Shown here: positions 35,249-44,567 of the stretch, one piece after another | Position numbering within the stretch: position 1 is the first letter of the stretch | Layout of the letters: each line of letters starts with the position of its first letter | Virus record (IMG/VR): IMGVR_UViG_3300037245_000806 | Coordinates: 32,001 to 96,000 of that record | Strand: one strand, 5' to 3' | DNA: 64,000 nucleotides | Source of the DNA: a virus | Notes under the pieces: generated by a model | Told to the model about the DNA's origin: nothing | The model's database searches: none | Seen by the model: the letters and a program-made list of their open reading frames with translations, nothing else | Translations under genes and position numbers: made by a program

Positions 35249-36730
35249 TTACTCGTCGCTGGGTCCGGGCGAACCCTTTGGACCTTGTGGTCCCGTGGGG
35301 CCTTTCGGACCTTCGGGGAACTTGCCGCCGGTCGGAGGAGGTGCCCCACCACCGCCAGCTGGTGCGGGCTCGGGTTCAGGCTCGGGTTCAGGCTCAGGCG
35401 GCGGGGCCAACGCTGCTTCCTTCTTCCGCAGCCCTGTCGGGTCGGGGACTTGGGGAGCCAAGATGGTTCCGATGGGGCTCACCTTGATGCGCCTCAGCTT
35501 GAACTTCCGCTTCGTCTTGATGAGCGCGGCACCTTGGTCGAGACCGGAAGCGATCTGCATGTCGTAGTAGGCCTGCACATCCTTGAGTTCATACCCGATC
35601 TTCTCGGCCTGCTCCTCTGCCGTCTCAAGGTCGGACATCTCGTCCTCTTCGTCCTCGGGAGGCGGCGGGGGAGCTTTCTTCTTGGCCTTCTTCTTCTTCG
35701 CAACCTTCTTCACGGCGGGCTTCTTCTCAGGCTTTTCCTTCGGCTCATCCTCGGGCGGCTCGTCGTCTTCCTTCTCGACGAACATACCCTGAAGCGTCTC
35801 GACCACCTTGGGCTTCCCCTTCAGCGCGACGACCTCGCTCGGAACATTGCGCCGCACAGTCACGATGCCGTCGTAGCCGTCCTTGATAAGCGCGCGCGTG
35901 AGTGCCTTACCCTTCTTGCCGTACTTCTCCCAGAGCGCGTGCTTCCAGCTGGACTTGTCATACCCCATGCCGAATTCGAGCACGAGAGGGTTCTTGAACG
36001 TGGCGACCCCGTGCGCGAAGTCTTTCCCCGCACGCTTCCACGTCTTAATGCCCTGCTTCTCCGCGATGATCATGTAGTAACCGGCAGGCTCGATGTCCTG
36101 CTGGAAGCGCCCACCCATATTCGGGGCGCTCTCGTTGCTGTGCATGAACGGGAACGACACCTTCTTGCCGGTGCTGAACGATGCACCGTTGGTGTATGCG
36201 TTGGTCAGCCGAAGTCGCTCGTGAGGTTCTCGCGTGTCCAGCTTGGCCGGGGCAGCATCCGGTCGGGTCTCGTCTACGAACGCGGCACTGAGCGTATCCT
36301 CGTCGGTGCTGGGGGAGCTTCCCACGAACCACTTGATGAACTCCGCACGACTGATTTGACCGACAGGCTTATCGACCATGCCCTCTGCACGCTTGACCTT
36401 GGCCGTCATGCTCGCCTTGCCCCACCGACTGAAGGCAGCCATCATGAGCTTCGCGGCAGCCGCACGTGTCGCCGGGTTGTATCCCTTGCCGCCAGCGCCC
36501 GAGTGTGTCAGTTCCCAATAGAAGAGTTTCCATGCCTGCTTCGGGTCGTAGTTCTTCTTGATGTACTTGTGTCGCCAGAGTTGCCGGTACGAGAGTGCGA
36601 GGGCCGACTTGTTTGCGAGGCCCTGCTTGGCGAGTTGCTTCGCGAGTTTGCTGTCGGCGGGTTGCTCACCTGCTCCGGGCTCGCCTTCACTCACGCTTTT
36701 GTGCTCAACAAACAGGTCGGTAAGAGGCAT
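35249..36730 (-). CDS. Putative internal virion protein with an ART-PolyVal-like domain and a PE/collagen-like tail
   Basis: FKNPL...GYDGIVT...SEVVAL; LFVE, FVDE and MFVE boundaries; (PE)n and GPKGPTGPQGPKGSPGP. Confidence 0.65.
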   Translation of the reverse strand: MPLTDLFVEHKSVSEGEPGAGEQPADSKLAKQLAKQGLANKSALALSYRQLWRHKYIKKNYDPKQAWKLFYWELTHSGAGGKGYNPATRAAAAKLMMAAFSRWGKASMTAKVKRAEGMVDKPVGQISRAEFIKWFVGSSPSTDEDTLSAAFVDETRPDAAPAKLDTREPHERLRLTNAYTNGASFSTGKKVSFPFMHSNESAPNMGGRFQQDIEPAGYYMIIAEKQGIKTWKRAGKDFAHGVATFKNPLVLEFGMGYDKSSWKHALWEKYGKKGKALTRALIKDGYDGIVTVRRNVPSEVVALKGKPKVVETLQGMFVEKEDDEPPEDEPKEKPEKKPAVKKVAKKKKAKKKAPPPPPEDEEDEMSDLETAEEQAEKIGYELKDVQAYYDMQIASGLDQGAALIKTKRKFKLRRIKVSPIGTILAPQVPDPTGLRKKEAALAPPPEPEPEPEPEPAPAGGGGAPPPTGGKFPEGPKGPTGPQGPKGSPGPSDE

Positions 36731-36742
36731 GGCACACCCTTC

Positions 36743-37180
36743 TCATGGCAGGCTGACGTCACCTTTGTAGTCATTCGCCTCAGAATCGTCAAGCTCTTTC
36801 AGCAGGCAGTAACACCCGCCTTTGAGGATGCCTGAGGCAGTCCGATACTTGACGTCGTGGACGATGTTGTGAAACGTGAAGTCTAGAAGACCGCAATCGT
36901 CACAGTCAGGATCGGGTGTCGTAAGGGGGCAATTGGATATGTCATGGCAGGGCGGTAGTGCGTTCACATGAGCGGCACCCACGCCCTCCGTCCCAGCTGT
37001 GATAACCTCTAGCTTGGAAATTCCTTCTTCGTCCCATACGATGAACCTGTCGCCCTCTTGGAGGGCCTGTACACCGTTCGGGATTGCGGGGGTACCGTCA
37101 TCCACGGGTCTGTCCTCCGCATTAAAGGGGTGGGCGATACCGCGTATACGCACCTTGGTGGGGGGACTCCACGGAGACAC
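36743..37180 (-). CDS. Hypothetical Cys-containing protein
   Basis: Preceded by a degenerate palindrome GTAACACAATGCCAC (37198-37212). Confidence 0.6.
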   Translation of the reverse strand: MSPWSPPTKVRIRGIAHPFNAEDRPVDDGTPAIPNGVQALQEGDRFIVWDEEGISKLEVITAGTEGVGAAHVNALPPCHDISNCPLTTPDPDCDDCGLLDFTFHNIVHDVKYRTASGILKGGCYCLLKELDDSEANDYKGDVSLP

Positions 37181-37251
37181 GCCCACCCCTCATGACGGTA
37201 ACACAATGCCACCGCCATATGCCTAGTAGTCTACAGCCATGATGCTCGATG

Positions 37252-37545
37252 TCAACCGAGGCGACCGAGGGTGCCCAGCGAAACGTTATCGTGGATGAAC
37301 ATGGCGATGTTCCCGACGTGCGCGGTACGCTTCGTAACCTCCGCGTCCACGCGCGCGAGGTCTTCCTCAGACTTGACGTGAGGGCGCTCCTCCAACGCAG
37401 TCCGCAGCAGGTGTGCCTGAGCTTCCAGCTGCGCGAGGTGGTCACGCAACGGAACGTCCTTGTACGGTACCGCCTTCTTCTCCTCCTCGTGTGAAACGAG
37501 TTCTGCTTCCATCCTGTCAGCGAATCGAGTTACTGCCGGTCGCAT
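37252..37545 (-). CDS. Small helical phage protein (degenerate MazG-like family)
   Basis: RFA..ME.EL...A.VGNIAMFI.D pattern. Confidence 0.5.
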   Translation of the reverse strand: MRPAVTRFADRMEAELVSHEEEKKAVPYKDVPLRDHLAQLEAQAHLLRTALEERPHVKSEEDLARVDAEVTKRTAHVGNIAMFIHDNVSLGTLGRLG

Positions 37546-37562
37546 CACTTCCTCCTTCGTAG

Positions 37563-38225
37563 CTATCGGTGCTGCTTCAGATGTACGTCCACGCGGGCTG
37601 CCGAGAAGCAACCCTCCTCGCAGACAGCACAGTGACCGTGCGCGCCCTTCCACGTCTTCGCGCACCGTGCAAAGCCTTTCGTTCGACTGTCGGCAACGCC
37701 TGCCGGGGCGAGCACGAGTTGGTCGAGGTTGTTGTCCCCGGCGAAGAGCATCGACCAACCAGACTCACGTAGTACAAGCTCCTCACGCGGCGTGGTGGTC
37801 GGGTCAATCGAGGCCATGACCCGGCTATTGCACAGGCGCATGATCTGCATCTCGATCTCAAGCCGCAGCTTCCCGCGCCACGCTCGCGTTGGTATCCAGA
37901 AGAGCGTGTCAGGACAGCGTGACATAATGTCACGGACCTTCCCGACGTCCCGCACGCGCGTCCATATCTCGCCCCGCACTGCGAACCGGAAGCGCTTGAC
38001 GTCGAGGTCACGGATTATCTTGACGATCTCCGAAACTGAACGCCCCTGCCAGAAGGCCTCGTCAAGGACGTCGCGGTCAGGGAGCTTGGGGTTCACGCTG
38101 TAGAACTTCTTGTTGAAGCATCGATGCGAACACCAGCGGGTCGTCCAGAGGCACGTGTCCCGGCCCCGGCTGAATGAGAAGAGCCCCGTGGCTTTGACGA
38201 AGCGGATGGGGTCAGCGGGAGGCAT
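37563..38225 (-). CDS. Gp88-like Cys-rich (radical-SAM-related) protein
   Basis: TC...T.WC...CF.KK, RFRF...GE, PDT.FWIPTR, SID and a C-terminal C...CxxC...C. Confidence 0.7.
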   Translation of the reverse strand: MPPADPIRFVKATGLFSFSRGRDTCLWTTRWCSHRCFNKKFYSVNPKLPDRDVLDEAFWQGRSVSEIVKIIRDLDVKRFRFAVRGEIWTRVRDVGKVRDIMSRCPDTLFWIPTRAWRGKLRLEIEMQIMRLCNSRVMASIDPTTTPREELVLRESGWSMLFAGDNNLDQLVLAPAGVADSRTKGFARCAKTWKGAHGHCAVCEEGCFSAARVDVHLKQHR

Positions 38226-38401
38226 CAGTCCTCGCCTTCGATAATGACCTGCGTGACCTTGCACCACTCAGGCTTCTCGTCAGCCGGGAGCAGGTGATCC
38301 TCGATGCCCCTGTCGTAGTAACCGCAGCGCGGATCATCAAGGCGGTCAACGTACCCGAGCGGGCAGCGCATGCAATTCTCTACTTTGGTGCAGACGTCCA
38401 T
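38225..38401 (-). CDS. Small Cys-rich protein (58 aa)
   Basis: My translation MDVCTKVENCMRCPL...C...PEWC; GAGG RBS. Confidence 0.55.
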   Translation of the reverse strand: MDVCTKVENCMRCPLGYVDRLDDPRCGYYDRGIEDHLLPADEKPEWCKVTQVIIEGED

Positions 38402-38410
38402 GGCGTCCTC

Positions 38411-38602
38411 TCAGTACGGGCTCTTACACGCCTTCTCATAGAGCCCGTCAATGTACTTCTGCTGCGGCAGGGTCAGGCGGAAGGTCGAGTCCTTTAGCTT
38501 CCGCTCCATGTCGCGCAGGAACTGAATGTTCTGCGCATTGAAGAGACCCTCCCCGATGATCTCAATACACTCTGCAACCTTCTTGGCATTCGAGTCTGGC
38601 AC
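38411..38602 (-). CDS. Hypothetical protein
   Basis: 63 aa; GGAGG RBS; FL.DM...LT..Q..YI..LY.K. Confidence 0.6.
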   Translation of the reverse strand: MPDSNAKKVAECIEIIGEGLFNAQNIQFLRDMERKLKDSTFRLTLPQQKYIDGLYEKACKSPY

Positions 38603-38622
38603 TGCTCACCTCCTTGACACCA

Positions 38623-39933
38623 TCAAACGTGGTGCCGAGTCTTCTTGAGTGGTCGCCGAAGCGACTCCATTGAGATACCTTCACGAAGCGCTGCCACAGC
38701 ACCCGCCGCTTCCATGTAGCTGTCCACCTGAATGCACGGCCCCACGAGGTCCGGGCGATTCTGCATCCAGTTGCGGTTCTTCACGAGAATCAACGGAATG
38801 CCCTGCGCGAAACACGCGAGTGTCGGCAGACCGAAGCACGTGTCAGGCATCACAACGCAGTCCACGTCGCTGGCATTGAGCACACCGGGGTCGTGGTATA
38901 TGTGATCGCCCATTGCAATCTGGGGAGCCTTGGCGAGCCCCTTCACAGTACAGTACGTGTAGTCGCCGACCGCTGCTTCAGAAGCCTTCCGAGGATCGAC
39001 GACCCCGTACAGCGCATCGGCTTCTTCCAACGTCGCCATGAGAGGTGCGTGGGCGACAGGCTTCCCGAGGAGCATCGTCATGGTGTGTGTCAACATCGCT
39101 TCGACACCACCCCACGGATTCACCATCTCAGCCGCCACCGTCATGTACGAATGCGCGCCGCCTTCAGGCATCGTAATCGGCGAGGAGATAGCAACCGTGT
39201 CGAAGTCGGACAGGAGTGGCTTGATGTGATCGCAGAGAACCCCAAGACCGTTGACCTCCCCGACCGCCGCACCGCTCTCCGTGTAGTCACTGCGCATCTT
39301 GAAGCCAATGTCCTTCGGGAGCACGAGAATCTCGGCCTCAATGCCGAGGACAGCGCGAGCGGCAGCAACCATGTTCCTACAGATATCAAGCACCCCGCCC
39401 TCCACGCCGCCGTCGAGGACGACCAGCACCTTGTTCGAGCGCACCGGAGTAAGCCCGCACGTCCCCATCAGGAAGCGCGTGAGAATGGAGCCCTCGACGT
39501 AAAGGGCATTCGACGGCATCTCATTGATCGCGGAGGAGTTCACGACGTTCGGATGCAGGATGAGGTTGTCGCAGATACTCCCGAGGAGGCGCGCGGCAGG
39601 CGTAGCGTCACCAGCGTGGCCCCCGACCTCAGCACCCACGCCGGTCGGTACGATCATCACCGCGTTGAAGCTGTTCGCCCTCGCGCCCATGCAGTGCTCG
39701 AACTCGAAGATGGAACTGAGGTGTCGGGGTGTCTCGCCATCATCCGGTGCCAGCGCACTGACGGAGTATTCGTAGCCGTCAACGTGCGGGTGGGAGCGGG
39801 TCACGAAGAAGCGGACAGGAGTACAGTCGCTCCCAACTGCCGCCTGCGCGCTCGCCGCCAACCGTTGCAGGATAGACGCTGAGGCCCTGCCCCACTTGCT
39901 GTCCATATAACTGCTGCACTCAAAGACCTTCAT
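38623..39933 (-). CDS. DUF3326-like protein
   Basis: IVPTGVGAEVGGHAGDA.P, ILHPNVVN, NALYVEG, NPWGGVEA..TH, AHAP and VDPR.A.E. Confidence 0.85.
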   Translation of the reverse strand: MKVFECSSYMDSKWGRASASILQRLAASAQAAVGSDCTPVRFFVTRSHPHVDGYEYSVSALAPDDGETPRHLSSIFEFEHCMGARANSFNAVMIVPTGVGAEVGGHAGDATPAARLLGSICDNLILHPNVVNSSAINEMPSNALYVEGSILTRFLMGTCGLTPVRSNKVLVVLDGGVEGGVLDICRNMVAAARAVLGIEAEILVLPKDIGFKMRSDYTESGAAVGEVNGLGVLCDHIKPLLSDFDTVAISSPITMPEGGAHSYMTVAAEMVNPWGGVEAMLTHTMTMLLGKPVAHAPLMATLEEADALYGVVDPRKASEAAVGDYTYCTVKGLAKAPQIAMGDHIYHDPGVLNASDVDCVVMPDTCFGLPTLACFAQGIPLILVKNRNWMQNRPDLVGPCIQVDSYMEAAGAVAALREGISMESLRRPLKKTRHHV

Positions 39934-39944
39934 CCTGCCCCCTG

Positions 39945-40124
39945 TCAGCTTAGCTTTCCGTGCTTACGTAGTTCCTCGCGGGCTTCCTCGAAGTCCACCT
40001 TGCGATGCGCCTTGCACACCCAGAAGCGCCAATCCCAGCCGAGCAACCCTGTGAGGAACCAGCTGAGCCAGTGCATCTTGGGGCTCTTCTTCTTGCAGCC
40101 GTGGAACCAGCACTTGATCTTCAT
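39945..40124 (-). CDS. Small Trp/Cys-rich protein
   Basis: Start MKIKC with GGAGG RBS. Confidence 0.5.
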   Translation of the reverse strand: MKIKCWFHGCKKKSPKMHWLSWFLTGLLGWDWRFWVCKAHRKVDFEEAREELRKHGKLS

Positions 40125-40281
40125 CAGGCCTCCAACATCTTGTGCCACATGATCGCCGCGACGATGATGCCGAGCGGCAGGAATTCCCAACTCCCTCGGG
40201 AGAGCATGTACGCCGTCAGGCCGAGTTCAACGAACGCCAAGCAGCCATACCGAAGGCGCTGCCCCCATTGCTTCGTCATGG

Positions 40282-40482
40282 CTATATCTTCCCGAGGAGC
40301 CAGAGACCCACAACGATGAGCCCGATCACCGCGACACCCCCGGCGACGATGAGCTTCTCACCCAAGGGCATGGACTCGTCGCGGCACTCCGGGCATCGCG
40401 TGTAGTACGGACCGCGTCTGTGCTCATGGTATTCCTTCTTGCACACACGGCACTTCTGATACGGACTCCCATACGCTGCCAT
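40282..40482 (-). CDS. Zn-finger protein with a C-terminal transmembrane helix
   Basis: CRVC...CPEC followed by a hydrophobic tail. Confidence 0.6.
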   Translation of the reverse strand: MAAYGSPYQKCRVCKKEYHEHRRGPYYTRCPECRDESMPLGEKLIVAGGVAVIGLIVVGLWLLGKI

Positions 40483-40802
40483 TGCGATAACCCTCTCAAG
40501 GCATACACTAGCGAGCCATTGATGGCGGGATTCCCCACCCCGCACCTGCACCCATAGGGCGCGAACCGTTACTCCGGTAGTCTATATACCGCTGAATCGG
40601 CAGACGTCAGCGGACCGGCGGTGCATTTTCCTCTTCAACCACGGCGCTGCCGCGCGCGCATCAATGGCACGACTCCTGTCTTGTCGGCGTCCAGCACAAG
40701 CATGCTTACGTCGGTCCAAGCCCCGCCAAGCCAAAGTAGTGCGCGGCGATATATCGCGGGTTATACGCGGCGAATCGCAATGCTTAGACCAACTTTCTCG
40801 AA

Positions 40803-41801
40803 TTATTCTGCTTCCCATCCCTGAGCCTCTAGGAGCACTCCTATGGCAGGCGGCTTGTGGCTTGCAGGCTTAATCCACTTGCCGTCATTTCGGCGATAAC
40901 CCGAGCGGAACTCGACGTCACAGTCCTGACAATGACGATCACCCGGCACTTTTCCGCCCCCGACAAATGGCCCACCCGGCTTACCGCACTCCGGGCAGTG
41001 ATGCTCGAACTTGGCGAGGTTGTTCTTGTCCACCTCCTGTAGTATCGCCACGTCGGTGATGCCGCAGGCGATGAGCATGCCCGCGTTGACCACGCTTATG
41101 TCAGCGAAGCCGTCAACGATGGCTTCAAGGTCCGGGCGGATGATGGAAGGCACGATCTCAACGGTGTCCTTGTTCACCTCCACCATCTCACCGTTCGATG
41201 AGCGCACCCGCACGCACGTGCCGAGCGCCAGCGTGGTCTCTAGCACTTCCTCGACCGAGAGCTTGGCCCTGAGGACGCGCGTCTCCTCGTCGGGGACGCA
41301 GGGCTTGTCAGGTGTGTCCTGATTCGCGTGCTCCATGAACTTCTTGACGCGGTCGTAGTGCGGAGTCGTCTTCGACTGAGGAGCGAGCAACCACGCGCAA
41401 CTGCGCATGGCCTCTTCGACCTCGATCTCCTGCACGATCATCTCGTCAGGCGCGCAGGTGAGCTTACCGTCCCACATGTTCAGCACATTCAAGACCGGGT
41501 TCAGGTCATCGCTGACCGGCTCGATCTTCTTGCCAGCGGTGTGCGGCTCCGCACCCGCAACGTTGTAGAAGTATGCTCCGACAGACAACTCATCGAAGCG
41601 ACACGTCGGCTTCCCGCGACTCGGGAAGTGCTCCTTTACCTCATCCACGGCGTCCGTCCTTCCTTGTTTGAATTGGCTGTCCCACTTGCGGCGGTCTTCC
41701 TCGCTAAGCCCGTAGTAGAAGCTCCCGATACCGCGAACGATTTCTTCCGTCTCTATGTCAAAGCACTTTTGCCGAAGCGCCTCTGCAAAGTCTTTCATCA
41801 A
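40803..41801 (-). CDS. MazG/PRA-PH-like nucleotide pyrophosphohydrolase with an N-terminal extension and a Zn-ribbon insert
   Basis: RVKKFM...Q, R.KL..EE..E, D...D..VV, EV...N..K, R.DGK..KP....P. Confidence 0.8.
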   Translation of the reverse strand: MMKDFAEALRQKCFDIETEEIVRGIGSFYYGLSEEDRRKWDSQFKQGRTDAVDEVKEHFPSRGKPTCRFDELSVGAYFYNVAGAEPHTAGKKIEPVSDDLNPVLNVLNMWDGKLTCAPDEMIVQEIEVEEAMRSCAWLLAPQSKTTPHYDRVKKFMEHANQDTPDKPCVPDEETRVLRAKLSVEEVLETTLALGTCVRVRSSNGEMVEVNKDTVEIVPSIIRPDLEAIVDGFADISVVNAGMLIACGITDVAILQEVDKNNLAKFEHHCPECGKPGGPFVGGGKVPGDRHCQDCDVEFRSGYRRNDGKWIKPASHKPPAIGVLLEAQGWEAE

Positions 41802-41937
41802 GCCTCCACGAAAGAGTCAGGGGGCGGGGTCCACCAGAAGCAGACCGCAAGAGGAAAAGAGAGCATGCACGCAGCAGCTAGTTCCCGCCAGTTGTCACGT
41901 CACGCCCGGACCCAAGCCCGATGCCGCCCCCCGATTA

Positions 41938-42276
41938 CTAACGCGACGAATCGCTGTGCGACGGGTCACCGCGTCGAGTCACGTCACCCGGCCCGCCGGG
42001 CTTCTTCTCAACGTCGAGCTTTGTGGGTGCGTCCTGATTAGGCACGAGGACCGCGCGGTTCACGTCGATCCAGTGCTCCTTGATCTCACCCTTGTGGATG
42101 TACTCAAGGCAGACGCGGTTGCAGCCGGTGAACCAGAGCGAAACGCATATCGCAACGCCCTCGATCTTCTCACCATGCACCTTGTCATGGTAGCGCCACC
42201 CCAGACTGATCCCCGTGTCGCCAATGGTCACCGGCTCAGGCGACCCCTCTTTCTTCACGCCCACATCACCGTCCAT
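41938..42276 (-). CDS. Hypothetical SH3-like phage protein
   Basis: LG....D...G...G.....W.TGC....LE...W.D..R, then PGGP. Confidence 0.65.
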   Translation of the reverse strand: MDGDVGVKKEGSPEPVTIGDTGISLGWRYHDKVHGEKIEGVAICVSLWFTGCNRVCLEYIHKGEIKEHWIDVNRAVLVPNQDAPTKLDVEKKPGGPGDVTRRGDPSHSDSSR

Positions 42277-42332
42277 GAGTCTCCTCCTTCTTTCTGGTAC
42301 GTCACAAGCCTCACCCGCTCAGGTGAGGGTAG

Positions 42333-42548
42333 TCAGGTTCCGTTGTACCGACCGAAGCCCATGCCGCGACGACCGCGATTGCAGGGGACGCCCGCCGGTT
42401 CGTGAGCACAGCGCGGCTCTTGATCGCCCTCCTGCACCTTGGCGATGGCAGCCTCCACGAGCCCCACGACTTCATTGGGCCGGTAACCACCACGACTCGA
42501 CTTGCGCATGTCTGCCTCAAGCTGTCGCAGCACTTTCTCAGTATCCAT
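42333..42548 (-). CDS. Hypothetical protein
   Basis: Start MDTEK with GGAGG RBS. Confidence 0.55.
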   Translation of the reverse strand: MDTEKVLRQLEADMRKSSRGGYRPNEVVGLVEAAIAKVQEGDQEPRCAHEPAGVPCNRGRRGMGFGRYNGT

Positions 42549-42570
42549 CGGGCCTCCCTCTTTCTGTAGT

Positions 42571-42834
42571 CTACTCGTCCGTCCGGTCGCGCACCGGCAG
42601 GTCGCCAGCCATCGCTTCATGTCTGCTCGTGAAGACGTCTGCCCTTTTGTAAAAGCGTATGGCGTGCTTCGTCGGACGACCCCGGCCCTTGGAGTACACG
42701 CACACCTTCGCGTCGTCGAATGAAATGACGCGCGCCTGTATGACGGACACATACGTCTTGAACGCCAGCCTGATGAAGACACGTACACCGACGCCCATGC
42801 TCGGCACCAGACCGGCAGGCAACTCACCGCTCAT
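42571..42834 (-). CDS. Hypothetical protein
   Basis: 87 aa; ATGA-coupled. Confidence 0.55.
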   Translation of the reverse strand: MSGELPAGLVPSMGVGVRVFIRLAFKTYVSVIQARVISFDDAKVCVYSKGRGRPTKHAIRFYKRADVFTSRHEAMAGDLPVRDRTDE

Positions 42835-43037
42835 CGTGTCGCTCCATCCTTCTTGTCAACGCCCCCGGCAGCGTGGGAATGCACGTCGAAGAAGACCGGG
42901 TTGTCCTGCTGGCAGCGCGTGCAGATGTCCCCGATCCATCCTTCTGTGCAATCTTCGCAGCACTCCTTCACACCACATTCGATACACACGCGTAGTTCCC
43001 TGATCTCCCGACACGAGCGACAGAGTTCTTTGCTCAT
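42831..43037 (-). CDS. Small Cys-rich zinc finger protein
   Basis: Four CxxC pairs. Confidence 0.6.
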   Translation of the reverse strand: MSKELCRSCREIRELRVCIECGVKECCEDCTEGWIGDICTRCQQDNPVFFDVHSHAAGGVDKKDGATR

Positions 43038-43264
43038 GACTTCTCCACAAATGCCTCAAGCCGGTCAGCGTAATCATTGGCGAGCTTGATGTAATACCCT
43101 CGTGCTTCCTTCGCCCCCTTGAAGACCTCGTGCTCCTCGCCCCCGGAAAGCGTCATCACCGGGCACGCTTCTGCGCGCTCAAGGGCCTGCTGGCGCGCGT
43201 CGGCCAGCCACAATCCTGTTACGACCTTGGGTTCTTTCGGGCGCTCCATCTGACCCCCACTCAT
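43034..43264 (-). CDS. Hypothetical protein
   Basis: 76 aa; ATGA-coupled. Confidence 0.55.
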   Translation of the reverse strand: MSGGQMERPKEPKVVTGLWLADARQQALERAEACPVMTLSGGEEHEVFKGAKEARGYYIKLANDYADRLEAFVEKS

Positions 43265-43860
43265 CGCTTCGGCACATACAGCACAACCTCAGCCACGAAC
43301 TTCCCGGCGGTGGCCGTGCCGAGGATTCCATCGCGCCCCACGGCGAAGCACTTCGGCAAAGCCAGCACGTGCGAAAGGCGGTAGTCGAGTATGAAGAGGG
43401 GGGCAACGCGCCCGGAAGTCCTGATACCCAAGCGCACCTTCTTTACGTACCGTTGGTCTATGCCATCCGCTTCGATCTCGAAGAGGTGCGAGGCCACACT
43501 GCGCGTGAGCGGCAGTACCGGTTGGCCCGACTTGTCGAGCAACTTGATCTTCACGTCAGCGAGGTGGAAGTGCTTCGTCTCCACCACGTCACGCTCGAAC
43601 TCAGGGATATCAGCAGCGCGAAGCAGCGGACGTGACGCAGGTGAGAAGTCAGGCTTCTCCATGTGCGCGTCCTTGTCGAAGACCCAGCCGAGCCAGCCCT
43701 CGAAGTCACACGCGCACTTAACCGCGAACTCAGGCTTGCTCGTGTAACGCCCGACGCCCGTGTACTGCAAGTCGGGCTTGAGGCACTTCGGACAGGGGGT
43801 CTGAATCAGCTTCGCCACAGACTCCGCGCCCGGCATCTTCATTTCTTTGTCATTCGGCAT
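43261..43860 (-). CDS. Zn-ribbon-containing hypothetical protein
   Basis: CPKC...CAC; start MPNDK. Confidence 0.6.
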   Translation of the reverse strand: MPNDKEMKMPGAESVAKLIQTPCPKCLKPDLQYTGVGRYTSKPEFAVKCACDFEGWLGWVFDKDAHMEKPDFSPASRPLLRAADIPEFERDVVETKHFHLADVKIKLLDKSGQPVLPLTRSVASHLFEIEADGIDQRYVKKVRLGIRTSGRVAPLFILDYRLSHVLALPKCFAVGRDGILGTATAGKFVAEVVLYVPKR

Positions 43861-43997
43861 CGCTGTAGTTCCCTTCTCGAACCCGCTTCCGAAGCTCACG
43901 CGCCGCCTTGCCAAAGCTCACGCCACGCCCCGGCACAATCGTCATGCCGTGCGGGCCTTTCCTTTGCATGCCATCATACTTATTCATCAGGACACGC

Positions 43998-44561
43998 TCA
44001 GCCTTGTTGATCGCTGCTAACGTCGCCACTGGTCGGCCTTTCAAAGCGGCGCATGTCAGCCGCATTCTTCGGACAACTGCCACTGTAATGCCCGGCCCCA
44101 CCACAGTACCGACAGGGCCTCTCCTCCGTAGCCGGGTCAGCCCACTCAGGGCGCTCGATCTCCGAAGGCTTCGCAGTCACTGCCTCGCGAAGCGCTTCAA
44201 AGCAGCTGCCCCGAGCGTCTATAGCTGGCGTCGATTCCATCGGACCGAGCTTTCGGACGCGCCAACTCTGCCCGAGTATGTGCGCAAGTACGCGCTCCGC
44301 AGCCATGCGGACCTTGTGATCCATCGTGCTATTGACGCACGAGTCTCCCTGTAGTTTCCAGCCGGTCGCCACGGCTTCCTTGGGGGATTCCATCGCACGC
44401 TGCGCATCGCCCATGCCCCGGCAGAACTTGTATTGAAGCGCGCGCCTCTCGTCTGGGGTGACCTGCTCTGTGGCGACCATCTCATCCAAGGCCTTGATGC
44501 CGCCCTCTGTGAGATGCTTGATCATGTTCGCTATGCACTTGCGGAATTCGTCGGACATCAA
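43998..44561 (-). CDS. Hypothetical protein with a CCHC zinc knuckle
   Basis: CRYCGGAGHYSGSC matches CX2CX4HX4C. Confidence 0.65.
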   Translation of the reverse strand: MMSDEFRKCIANMIKHLTEGGIKALDEMVATEQVTPDERRALQYKFCRGMGDAQRAMESPKEAVATGWKLQGDSCVNSTMDHKVRMAAERVLAHILGQSWRVRKLGPMESTPAIDARGSCFEALREAVTAKPSEIERPEWADPATEERPCRYCGGAGHYSGSCPKNAADMRRFERPTSGDVSSDQQG

Positions 44562-44567
44562 AACTCC

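Noticed and set aside
40556-40802. tmRNA- or tRNA-like element in this intergenic gap
   Set aside because: There are some hairpins and a TAAGCATG...GGACGCCG stretch, but no T-loop or CCA acceptor end could be found.
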